IMG/VR virus record: IMGVR_UViG_3300044557_000566
Reading direction: 5' to 3' (one strand)
Length of the DNA stretch: 64,000 bases
Origin: an uncultured virus (IMG/VR IMGVR_UViG_3300044557_000566)
Lineage: Duplodnaviria; Heunggongvirae; Uroviricota; Caudoviricetes
Shown: positions 1 to 9,331 of the stretch, one piece after another
Numbering within the stretch: the stretch's first letter is position 1
How the letters are laid out: the number at the start of each line of letters is the position of its first letter
Notes under the pieces: generated by a model
Seen by the model: only the letters and a program-made list of their open reading frames with translations
Told to the model about the DNA's origin: nothing
Database searches by the model: none
Program-made: the position numbers and the translations under genes

Positions 1-3000
1 CTAATTCAGGGTTGAATCATTACCCATGGATTCGAACTGCTTCCAAGAGCACATTCTATTCCTTCCCACAATCCCCTCATAGGCGATGATAGCATCTTGA
101 TCCAGGCTGATCTCACCAGCCGGAATCATGGTGTCCACATTCCACTTGTATTCTGCCACTTCAGATGGCTTCCGAACGTTGAACCATGCGGGAACAGTAC
201 CAGGATGATCTTTGAACGACTTCTTGAGCTTCCTCACGGTTGAGCTCTTCTCGAATCCCTCATTCACTCTAACCACGAACGGGACTCGCCCCTCGTCATC
301 AAGTGGCACCTCTTCAAGCGAATCTATACTCACGCTACCCTCGGGATTGAACCTCCCACGAATCATGTACACGTAGTCTTCACGGGGATACCCTCCAGTG
401 GATTGTTTGATAGACTCAACGTTACTACCATTGATCCTGCCAGCAATGGAGCCAGTTAGATCATTGACCTCACATGAATACCACGATCCAGCGCCACTCT
501 TCAGCTTCTTGACCTTAATGTTAGACAGGTATCCAATGATAAGAACATCCATCCATTTCCTTCGATGGAACTTTTGATGAGAATCACCGCCCCCATTCTC
601 ATCTTCGTCAATAGTACTAGCAGTTATGGAGTCAAGACTGTCCACATGCACATAATTGTCTGAATCAGGGGTATTGCCCGCGAGGAAGTCAAGCCCATTC
701 CCGATGTGATCCATTGGATCGCCAGATGCGGTCATCCCTAGATCGTTTGACTCCCTAGCAAGCCGGTCAAGCCATGGAAGCTCACGCACGTCTGGAAGGA
801 CTGATGATACTGATTGAGATTCCCCCGAGTCAAGAGCAGACTCGAAGAGTGATCCTGCCATCTTACTCTTCGTCATTCTCCTATCCTTCTCGAACTTGAC
901 GATGTCCTTGGCTGCAATGGACACCTTCTGCCTACCGACGCCAAGGCACTCGAATGCCCCAACATCGGCAAGACTCTGGATGACCTTGATCTTGAGAACA
1001 TCGTTGCTGGCAGATCTCAGGAACTCGTCAAGACTCTTGAACGATCCCCCATTCTTTCGTCTCGTCTTCACGATCTCATTGCCAACATTATCCCCAATCC
1101 CCTTGATCATACTGAATCCAAAGATCACGTCAGGATCATCATCTCGTATCTTGACCGACGGGCTGATGCCGGGGCCACTCTCATTGACGCTGATCGGACC
1201 GATCTTGAGTCCATTCCTCTTCAATGACTGGTATAGGGCGTAGAATTGATCCTTATTCCCGATCTTTGAGGTCATGAGCGCAGAGTAGAATTCTGATGGG
1301 TAATGACACTTAAGGTAGGCCGTCTCATAGGCGACTATACCATACGAGACCGCGTGCGACTTGTTGAATCCGTAGGACGCGAACGCCTGGATGTCAGACC
1401 ACAGCTCCTCAAGATCTTCCCTCGTATACGGATACCTTACATCTGCGTTCATTCTGAGGGCGCCGTCAACGAACTTGTCATGGTTACGTTCCATCTCCGC
1501 TGGGATCTTGTGCCCAATGGCCTTACGGAGGGAGTCAGCCTCGCCCCTGGAGTACCCTGAGAGTAGTCTCGATATGGTCATGACCTGTTCCTGGTAGACC
1601 ATGCACCCGTACGTGGGGGCGAGCACGGACTCAACAGGAGTCCCCCTGAACGCGCGATCAAGATGCTGGTCGATCACGTAGACGGGCTCCCTCTTGTTCT
1701 TACGATTAGCATAGGCAGTATGTGCTCCTGCCTTCATGGGGCCGGGCCGGTACAGCGCGTTCGCGGCTGCAATATCGTTGAACTCGGTTGGCTTCATGAG
1801 ACGGAGGAGATCACGCATGCCGTCACTCCCCAACTGGAAGCATCCAACCGTGTCACCCCTTCCAATCATCTCGTACGTCTCTCGATCATCCATTGGACCG
1901 TGGACTAGTTGATCCATATCCGGGATGGTTTTTCCACGCTTTTTGATAAGACTTGTTACAGATCTTATGAGATCTTTTGACTGCTTCGATGATTCTAGTG
2001 ATTCAAGATGCTCATTCATGTCCCCAATGTTTGCAAGCGTGCTTTTGACCACATCGAGATCGGAGAGGCTGAGGAAATCCATCTTGATAAGACCGAGTGA
2101 CTCGCAAGCCTCGTAACCCCACTGGACCTTACAGTTAGTCCACGGGTTGTCAATAGCCTTCTGCTCGTTACTCTCCCAGCATAGGGGGACGTAATTAGAA
2201 ATGGGCTCGTCGCACATGATGACTCCACAGGCGTGGGTTCCAGTTGACCGGACCCTCCCCTCCAGAGCGGCAGCGCTCTCACCGATCTTAGCCCACTGCT
2301 CACCCCCTTCTTCAACGGCAGCCCTGAAATCGCTCGCCGGCTCCCACCACTTTGATGACGGGTCATACATTGACCTCATGTCTGGGAATCCCATCTCCTG
2401 GCTACCCTCGGGTATGAGCTTGGAGATCTTGTTAACGGTCGATGGGGGCATCCTGTAGATCTTGGCCACATCCCTGAACGCCTGCTTGCATCCGAACGTG
2501 CCGAAGGTCACGATGTTAGCAACGTGATCCCATCCGTACTTGTCACGAGCGTACTCGAAGACCTCATTCCTCCTACTCGCTTGGAAGTCAGTATCCACAT
2601 CGGGCGGGGATACTCTCTCGGGGTTCAGGAATCGCTCGAACAGAAGATCGTGGCGGATGGGATCAGTGCGGGATATGTCGAGGTCATAGGCAATCTCACT
2701 TCCCCCGACACTCCCTCTGCCGTAGCCCACACCGATCCCCTTCTCCCTTGCCGCGTTGATGTAGTCCTGCACGACGAGCATGTACTGTATGAAGTCATTG
2801 TCAGCAAAGACGGGGAACTCGGTTGCTATCCTCTTCTTAGCCTCCTCAAGCACCGCTGGAGTGTCACCTGCCCTCACCCTGCGATTCTCGAACCCGTCAT
2901 TGATCTTCTTCTGGAACCACGATCGCTCAGTCCAACCCTCAGGGATGTCGATCTTTGGACGCAGACCCTTGGTGAGACTGAGGTCATACGGGCCCAGACC

Positions 3001-4209
3001 AATCTTCCCCGAGTCGATCAGGGTCTGCAGCTCTGTGGTGATAGACTTGAACCCGTTGCTCACATGATTGAGATCGGTTGCCCCGGAGTGAGCATAACCG
3101 TTTCCAGATTCCACCGTCGAGCTTGCCAAGCCGCCATGAGAGTGGGGAAGACTGCCTGCAGACTCATCTTCTGACCACCAGTCAGCAACCATGTCTGCAA
3201 TCCTAACCGTGTTGTCCACAGCGCCAGGGTACTTGTCATCCGGGAAGACCTCCCTGATTTCATCCTCCGTTTTCAGATAGTAGTCATCACCATCGAATGA
3301 GAATCTTGGTCCTCCCTCATCATATGACGCATCATCCATATAGATGTTCGAGTCATAGTCACCATTCTGACCAACGATGCCCTCTTTGATGGCCTCCTTC
3401 CTAGACTTGCCTCCCTGCTGGTTCGTCGTGATGCAGAGCATCTCGTCCTGGTGCTTGGCATCTTCAGGAGTGGCGTAGTGCGCATCATTCGTGGCCACGA
3501 GAGGGAGGTCGAGATCTTTCGCCATCTGTACAAGCTGTGGGATGACGTCCCGTTCAAGGGGACGCTTCATGTGATGCTGCATGAGCTCTACGAAGTATCT
3601 TCCCGGGAACAGTTCTTTCATCCTGCGGGCATAATCATACGCTTCGTCAATCTGCCCGAGCCTGAGCCTCGTCTGTATCTCACCAGATGGACACCCAGTG
3701 AAAGCGATGAGCCCATCAGAGTACAGGGAGAGCATGTCCTGATCAATACGCTGCTTCTTATAGAAGTTCTCACGTTTGAATGATTCGGTGCTCAGCTTGA
3801 TGAGGTTATGGAATCCCTCCTCATTCATGGCGAGGAGGGTGAGGTGGAGGTATGCTCCTCCTGCTGACACGTCTAAGTCTCTCTGATCTTCATCACCATA
3901 GAAGACTGGCTGCTTCGCCCGTGCGCCATCCTGGTTCAATGGAGCCACGTATGCCTCCAGACCGGCGATAGGCTTCACGTAGATTGGGGTCTGCTGCTTG
4001 CCCTTCTTATTCCTGCTCTTCGAGAGGTTGCGTGCCGTCTTGATGAGCTCATGGATTCCATACAGGTTACCGTGGTCAGTGAGAGCGAATGCTGTTTGGC
4101 CTATCGCAGCCGCCCTCCTCAAGTGCTCCTCGGGTGTCGCGTAACCGTCAAGGATCGAGTAGTGCGAATGATTGTGAAGATTGACGAACCCTGCCCCGTC
4201 TGCTGACAT
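1..4209 (-). CDS. dnaE: DNA polymerase III alpha subunit with intact PHP domain
   Basis: HNHSHYS..D, TDHGN, TNDAHY (PHP); GRGSVGGS; LLFERFLNPER; catalytic PDVDTDF; YGFNKSH. ATG at 4209 is better spaced from the GGAGG RBS than 4218. Confidence 0.96.
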   Translation of the reverse strand: MSADGAGFVNLHNHSHYSILDGYATPEEHLRRAAAIGQTAFALTDHGNLYGIHELIKTARNLSKSRNKKGKQQTPIYVKPIAGLEAYVAPLNQDGARAKQPVFYGDEDQRDLDVSAGGAYLHLTLLAMNEEGFHNLIKLSTESFKRENFYKKQRIDQDMLSLYSDGLIAFTGCPSGEIQTRLRLGQIDEAYDYARRMKELFPGRYFVELMQHHMKRPLERDVIPQLVQMAKDLDLPLVATNDAHYATPEDAKHQDEMLCITTNQQGGKSRKEAIKEGIVGQNGDYDSNIYMDDASYDEGGPRFSFDGDDYYLKTEDEIREVFPDDKYPGAVDNTVRIADMVADWWSEDESAGSLPHSHGGLASSTVESGNGYAHSGATDLNHVSNGFKSITTELQTLIDSGKIGLGPYDLSLTKGLRPKIDIPEGWTERSWFQKKINDGFENRRVRAGDTPAVLEEAKKRIATEFPVFADNDFIQYMLVVQDYINAAREKGIGVGYGRGSVGGSEIAYDLDISRTDPIRHDLLFERFLNPERVSPPDVDTDFQASRRNEVFEYARDKYGWDHVANIVTFGTFGCKQAFRDVAKIYRMPPSTVNKISKLIPEGSQEMGFPDMRSMYDPSSKWWEPASDFRAAVEEGGEQWAKIGESAAALEGRVRSTGTHACGVIMCDEPISNYVPLCWESNEQKAIDNPWTNCKVQWGYEACESLGLIKMDFLSLSDLDVVKSTLANIGDMNEHLESLESSKQSKDLIRSVTSLIKKRGKTIPDMDQLVHGPMDDRETYEMIGRGDTVGCFQLGSDGMRDLLRLMKPTEFNDIAAANALYRPGPMKAGAHTAYANRKNKREPVYVIDQHLDRAFRGTPVESVLAPTYGCMVYQEQVMTISRLLSGYSRGEADSLRKAIGHKIPAEMERNHDKFVDGALRMNADVRYPYTREDLEELWSDIQAFASYGFNKSHAVSYGIVAYETAYLKCHYPSEFYSALMTSKIGNKDQFYALYQSLKRNGLKIGPISVNESGPGISPSVKIRDDDPDVIFGFSMIKGIGDNVGNEIVKTRRKNGGSFKSLDEFLRSASNDVLKIKVIQSLADVGAFECLGVGRQKVSIAAKDIVKFEKDRRMTKSKMAGSLFESALDSGESQSVSSVLPDVRELPWLDRLARESNDLGMTASGDPMDHIGNGLDFLAGNTPDSDNYVHVDSLDSITASTIDEDENGGGDSHQKFHRRKWMDVLIIGYLSNIKVKKLKSGAGSWYSCEVNDLTGSIAGRINGSNVESIKQSTGGYPREDYVYMIRGRFNPEGSVSIDSLEEVPLDDEGRVPFVVRVNEGFEKSSTVRKLKKSFKDHPGTVPAWFNVRKPSEVAEYKWNVDTMIPAGEISLDQDAIIAYEGIVGRNRMCSWKQFESMGNDSTLN

Positions 4210-4249
4210 TGAAAACATACCTCCGAGCGATCGTTTCCTGTTAGGAGTA

Positions 4250-4258
4250 ATGGTACCA
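4250..4258 (-). promoter_or_regulatory. Putative extended -10 promoter (TGGTACCAT) for dnaE
   Basis: TGnTAnnnT pattern about 40 nt upstream of the start; the same motif recurs upstream of the helicase and topoisomerase B genes. Confidence 0.55.
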
Positions 4259-4261
4259 AGG

Positions 4262-4405
4262 GGATGAACCCCGCAACGCGGGGAATACGCAGACAGCCCT
4301 CGAGGGCTTCACGAAGATAGCCGGGACGAACCCCGCCTAGGCGGGGAATACCGACACCGAACCACGCAGCGACCGTTAACGGGCAGGTTCAACCCCGCAA
4401 CGCGG
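4262..4405 (-). CRISPR. Trailer-end degenerate CRISPR units (2 variant repeats and 1 truncated repeat) cut off from the main array by an insertion
   Basis: GGATGAACCCCGCAACGCGGGGAATAC (4262-4288), GGACGAACCCCGCCTAGGCGGGGAATAC (4324-4351), truncated GGTTCAACCCCGCAACGCGG (4386-4405); 62-bp period. Confidence 0.9.
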
Positions 4406-4494
4406 ATAGGGATGCTAAGGCTCGTCTTGTAGCCATCACCCTGAGCGAGGGTGAGTTCGAGAGGTAGTCCGTAAGCAGAGATAACGCAAGATTG

Positions 4495-4529
4495 AGGGCG
4501 TAACCAAGGAATAGCTTTAGTTACGCCCT
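4495..4529. terminator. Hairpin inside the array insertion
   Basis: AGGGCGTAAC (4495-4504) / GTTACGCCCT (4520-4529) perfect 10-bp inverted repeat. Confidence 0.5.
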
Positions 4530-4621
4530 TAGACGTGTTCTATGACGCCATAGATGCCCCGCTAGTCTCAGTACGTGTTTTTCCACTCACCGGGGTTTCA
4601 GGGTGTTAGAACGCAATCTAA
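4529..4621. repeat. 93-bp dispersed element, copy 1
   Basis: TTAGACGTGTTCTA...GTACGTGTTTTTCCACTCA...GTTAGAACGCAATCTAA; homologous to 17929-18021 (inverted) and 38441-38532. Confidence 0.9.
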
Positions 4622-4623
4622 AC

Positions 4624-6517
4624 GTTTGAACCTTGCAACGCGGGGAATACGGTACTCGTCCCTGATGACGAACCCTCCCCTAGTAGGTTCAACCCCGCAA
4701 CGCGGGGAATACAATGTAACGCGCCGCTTTGGTATTTACACTATATAGGTTCAACCCCGCAACGCGGGGAATACCACCATGCAATATCCGTCCTCTCACC
4801 GAACTGTAAGGTTCAACCCCGCAACGCGGGGAATACCATCGCTCTTCTCATTGAAACCATATTTTATTCCAGGTTCAACCCCGCAACGCGGGGAATACTT
4901 ATTCATATTCTGGTTTTTCTCTCGTCTATGGCGGGTTCAACCCCGCAACGCGGGGAATACTCAAGATCAAGACTGGCTGGGCTGTGAGGGTACCCAGGTT
5001 CAACCCCGCAACGCGGGGAATACTTCAGCACCCTCTCATACGTGGCAGACCCGATCGCAGGTTCAACCCCGCAACGCGGGGAATACTCTTGAGCTTTTTT
5101 ACCGTTTTTGATGACAGATACAGGTTCAACCCCGCAACGCGGGGAATACTTGCGGACATCGCTCCAAAGATGATCCAGCTTCTGGGTTCAACCCCGCAAC
5201 GCGGGGAATACCGGACTTCGCAAACGACGTAAGCGGGCCGGGGTTTAGGTTCAACCCCGCAACGCGGGGAATACAATGGAACCGCGCAGGGGCTTTATAC
5301 GACGGCCCATGGTTCAACCCCGCAACGCGGGGAATACGGAGCTGCGCTCAGATGAGGACAAAGATGTGATCAGGTTCAACCCCGCAACGCGGGGAATACG
5401 CATGGCCTGGGCAGCATCGAAGCTTGGACTAGGAGGTTCAACCCCGCAACGCGGGGAATACGTCGTTCACGAGTGCCGGCAGGATACGGTCTATCGGGTT
5501 CAACCCCGCAACGCGGGGAATACCACCAGTTGTCATGCTCGACAAGGAAGTCCTTAAGAGGTTCAACCCCGCAACGCGGGGAATACGGGGGTTCCTCTCT
5601 GGCGCGCACGCCAGCAGGTAGGGTTCAACCCCGCAACGCGGGGAATACAGTACGAGGCTTTGTCAGTTGCTATCTCAGCATCAGGTTCAACCCCGCAACG
5701 CGGGGAATACGGAGAGAATTGTAAAAGCCTATAACAAGCGCAATAGGTTCAACCCCGCAACGCGGGGAATACTCCGGCGATGGTAAAGACAGATCCCGGC
5801 TCTCGCAGGTTCAACCCCGCAACGCGGGGAATACGCTGATCCATTTGGGGTCCATCCCGCCAGTAAGTGGGTTCAACCCCGCAACGCGGGGAATACCAAG
5901 AGCTACATGAGCAGCTCAACTCATGATTCCAAGGTTCAACCCCGCAACGCGGGGAATACGCTCGATCTCCGTCCAGTAGTATCCGATGATAGCGGGTTCA
6001 ACCCCGCAACGCGGGGAATACCCTGGCTGAAGGATTCAGGATTCTGCTGGTATTCAGGTTCAACCCCGCAACGCGGGGAATACTCCTGGAATCCACTTCC
6101 TGATTCCGTCTTCTTGTAGGTTCAACCCCGCAACGCGGGGAATACCGCATGGAGCGGGAGCTGATTGCCAGCCGGAGTAGGGTTCAACCCCGCAACGCGG
6201 GGAATACATCACGAGCTTGCGGCCACATCTCTCACCGCTGTAGGTTCAACCCCGCAACGCGGGGAATACGTGGGCTGGAGTATCGTCAGATTCTCTCTAT
6301 GGAGGGTTCAACCCCGCAACGCGGGGAATACGCTCGAACTCGATTGCTGGCAGGGTTCGCTATGTAGGTTCAACCCCGCAACGCGGGGAATACTACTCAT
6401 GAAAGCACAGAACCCGCGGTTCGTGATAGGTTCAACCCCGCAACGCGGGGAATACAACAGTCACAGATCCCTCATACGCTGATACTGATAGGTTCAACCC
6501 CGCAACGCGGGGAATAC
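4624..6517 (-). CRISPR. Type I-E CRISPR array: 30 perfect repeats and 1 degenerate repeat
   Basis: Repeat GTATTCCCCGCGTTGCGGGGTTGAACC (27 nt, minus strand) starting at 4686, 4748 ... 6491, with a degenerate copy at 4624; period 62-63 bp; leader next to cas2, degenerate end toward dnaE. Confidence 0.99.
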
Positions 6518-6668
6518 CCCTAGGAACGTTGAGACTACGTTAACGATAATCAAGTATTACCATGATTCCTGTTAACGTAGATCAGCATTCCGAACCCTTA
6601 GAAAGAGCCCCTTATAACTCTGTTACACTATATTAAAATATCAAGCATCCGTTAATATGATGCAGATA
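6518..6668 (-). promoter_or_regulatory. CRISPR leader
   Basis: AT-rich non-coding stretch between the cas2 stop and the first repeat. Confidence 0.8.
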
Positions 6669-7019
6669 TCATCTGGCATAACGTCTGTACTTACTAGCCT
6701 TTGACCAACCCTTCTTTTTATACGAGTTATCCTTCTGATCTTGAGTGTTCTTATGAATGATAGCTATGAATCCATCCAAATTGCATTCACGATTATATCC
6801 TCTTGAAGTAAAATCGAATCCCTGTTCCTTCGTATCGTCTGACCATATCATAATTGATGAGGAATCTTGAGAATCATTAGATTCTATTTCCGACCATATC
6901 CCTTCTCGCACTCGTTGAGTACAATCTCCTACAAATACTCCAGTATTCACCTCAAGGAGAAATCTTGACACGTATCCTCTGAGTTGAGATGGGATTTTTG
7001 ACATAACGAGGACAATCAT
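6669..7019 (-). CDS. cas2: Type I-E Cas2
   Basis: MIVLV...P..LRG..SR.LLEV..GVFVG signature; last gene of the cas operon. Confidence 0.95.
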   Translation of the reverse strand: MIVLVMSKIPSQLRGYVSRFLLEVNTGVFVGDCTQRVREGIWSEIESNDSQDSSSIMIWSDDTKEQGFDFTSRGYNRECNLDGFIAIIHKNTQDQKDNSYKKKGWSKASKYRRYAR

Positions 7020-7963
7020 GATCTTGATCCATAGTTAACACTACCAGAATATATTCCGTCAGGAGTCCATAAACCCTCATCAATCCATACAGCTCTCGAG
7101 TACATCTCTCCTTCCTCAACATGCTTTCCAGCATTGAGGAGGAGAAAAATCTTATCAATGGAATCCTTAAGAACATTATTCTTAAGGACTGATTCTCGAA
7201 TCCTCTTTCTAACCTCTCCATCAATATCATCTTGACTAATAGATTGATCGGCGCCAATATCAAAGGCTATTGGAATGGACGTCTTTGCCTTGTAAAGATC
7301 AGAAATATCAAATATGAAAGCATTGTCTCTACCATTATGAACAATTCCTAATCCAGGAGCTAGACCTATACCGAGAGTGATAGCAAGATGAATAGCGTAT
7401 AAGATCTGATTCCCGATGGTAAGAGCGTAGTTAATACGATCATTCTCTCCCTGTAGGTCTAATTCTGCACGTCTTCCACTCCAAGTAAAACCATGCTCTT
7501 TAGCAAGTCTCTTATACAGGTCAAGCATTCTACGACCCTCAATTGACCTTAACTGCGCCATTGTCAATGAGCTAACATCATCATCAAAACGCCAATTATA
7601 CATGGTCTTAGCTGCTTGAAGGCGAAGATGCTCCTGTGACACAATCTTAGCTTGCTGGATCAGCCATCTGCTCGATGAACTCAGCGCCCTACCATACGCA
7701 TAGAATCTCGTCTCATCAGAACTCATCCATACAATTGGGGTTGATCCCTGCGCTAGTAGACGAACGGCGTCTGTTGTCATGCTTACACCGGGTCCAATGA
7801 TGACAGCAGCTATAGAACACGAGGGTATGCTGATCTTCTGACCCTCCCTGTAGGCAATAATCGCACCACCAGAGACGTTAATAGTGCATCGTTCAAGATA
7901 CACGAATGACGCTCGATCTTCAAGACGAGGAAGTTCCCGTATTTCCGGCTTGCTAACCCTCAT
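7016..7963 (-). CDS. cas1: Type I-E Cas1
   Basis: DRASFVYLERC, IGPGVSMT, LRSIEGRR (E), GIVH (H), FDISDLYK (D) catalytic residues. Confidence 0.97.
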   Translation of the reverse strand: MRVSKPEIRELPRLEDRASFVYLERCTINVSGGAIIAYREGQKISIPSCSIAAVIIGPGVSMTTDAVRLLAQGSTPIVWMSSDETRFYAYGRALSSSSRWLIQQAKIVSQEHLRLQAAKTMYNWRFDDDVSSLTMAQLRSIEGRRMLDLYKRLAKEHGFTWSGRRAELDLQGENDRINYALTIGNQILYAIHLAITLGIGLAPGLGIVHNGRDNAFIFDISDLYKAKTSIPIAFDIGADQSISQDDIDGEVRKRIRESVLKNNVLKDSIDKIFLLLNAGKHVEEGEMYSRAVWIDEGLWTPDGIYSGSVNYGSRS

Positions 7964-7973
7964 AACTAGTTCC

Positions 7974-8594
7974 TTATCGTATAGGCTCTAGTATGAGCAT
8001 GCCGCATCCGTACGCTTTAGATGGCCCAAGACCATCGACCAACGACTTCTTTAAAGAATCTGCATCTTTAATAGTCACTGAACCATCGTAGGATTGCGAT
8101 CGTATCGTTATTTTATGATTTTTGTTCTTAAAGAACACAAACTTTGACTCATCATGAGTATCGCCAAGTTCCACATCGGATAATCCAGAATCCTCAAGTT
8201 TTTTAACGACCCAATTCCTAGCATTCTTACCTACAATCGGTATCTTCTTACCCCTCATACTGCGATCAATATTCTTATTCATGACCGGATTGCACGTTAG
8301 CCTGAATCCATACTTCTGTCCGTTATGAAGAGAATTGAGGAAGCCATCATACGAGGTTGATCGAACATCAGACAATGAATCGTACTCGCTACTCAAGAAC
8401 CCATAATCTGGTGCTTGCGAACTGACCACATATAATAATGTTCTATCCTCATGATCTTCCTCTCTCCATAGCGCCCTATCTTCTGATCCGTAGGGGAATC
8501 CTCTGAGGATCAGAGCATGGACGCGCTCTCTAGATTTGAGAAGGTGAATGACGCTTCTCGTATTGTGAAGGATAATTCTTGTTAACGTGATCAT
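7974..8594 (-). CDS. cas6e: Cas6e (Cse3)
   Basis: N-terminal His (RVHAL), LWR, FRLTCNP, C-terminal GLGPSKAYGCGML glycine loop. Confidence 0.93.
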   Translation of the reverse strand: MITLTRIILHNTRSVIHLLKSRERVHALILRGFPYGSEDRALWREEDHEDRTLLYVVSSQAPDYGFLSSEYDSLSDVRSTSYDGFLNSLHNGQKYGFRLTCNPVMNKNIDRSMRGKKIPIVGKNARNWVVKKLEDSGLSDVELGDTHDESKFVFFKNKNHKITIRSQSYDGSVTIKDADSLKKSLVDGLGPSKAYGCGMLILEPIR

Positions 8595-9313
8595 TCCTTA
8601 TCTCCATTCCTCTCATCAACGAAACCAAAAATGTCCTCATTTTCTGGAGAGAATTTGGATGTTGATTCTTCAACTACCGATCTTCCAGAATATTGCCTAT
8701 TCCTTATCGAATAATCAATAGGAACATCTTTGATAATGTCGCCAATTTCTCCATCTTTAGCATCTCTGATAATAATTGGCGTGTACTTATCATCCTTATC
8801 ACGGATTGACGCAACAGGTTTCTTCTTAACCTCAATTGAACCTATGACGTTCTCAATAATGTCCTCATACACCCCGTACACAAGATCCGGAGTGGTGGGA
8901 CATGACTTTCTACCGAGGAACAAGCTGTAGACGGGATGATTGATAGCATATGCATACTTATCAATCTTATCATCTTCATCTTGAAGAAATACTGTAAATA
9001 TAGAATCTTCAAAATAGTAACGATTACTTACTGCTAGAGCGTTACCAATTGATACTGACGTGCCGCCGGATCTGTCCCATCTTCGTATCGAGTGATAATC
9101 TGGCAGAACAATCCCCGGCACGTCAATGCGGACAACTATCTTCAGAGATGTAAACGCACTAAGATCAGCATCCCTCTCCATACCAAGTGCGGCCGCTAGC
9201 ATACCAATTATCCCACTCCTGCTAGGCCATCTACCAGCAGATCTGGTCTTGAACTTGGAATCAACGCTCCACGACTGCATTGGTCCGTCAAATCGTAGGA
9301 CAAGTGTCTTCAT
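8591..9313 (-). CDS. cas5e: Cas5e (CasD)
   Basis: LRFDGPMQSW, PSRSGIIGMLAAALG, RYY, LFLGRKSCP; start taken at MKTLV. Confidence 0.95.
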   Translation of the reverse strand: MKTLVLRFDGPMQSWSVDSKFKTRSAGRWPSRSGIIGMLAAALGMERDADLSAFTSLKIVVRIDVPGIVLPDYHSIRRWDRSGGTSVSIGNALAVSNRYYFEDSIFTVFLQDEDDKIDKYAYAINHPVYSLFLGRKSCPTTPDLVYGVYEDIIENVIGSIEVKKKPVASIRDKDDKYTPIIIRDAKDGEIGDIIKDVPIDYSIRNRQYSGRSVVEESTSKFSPENEDIFGFVDERNGDKE

Positions 9314-9331
9314 AGTGATCACCAGGACCTG

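Noticed and set aside
1..4218. Possible intein in the long DnaE
   Set aside because: Only short insertions are seen; no C...HN splice motifs or LAGLIDADG blocks recognised.
4779..6482. Many short ORFs across the CRISPR array
   Set aside because: They are translations of repeat-spacer units (recurring VQPRNAGN/FNPATRGI), not genes.
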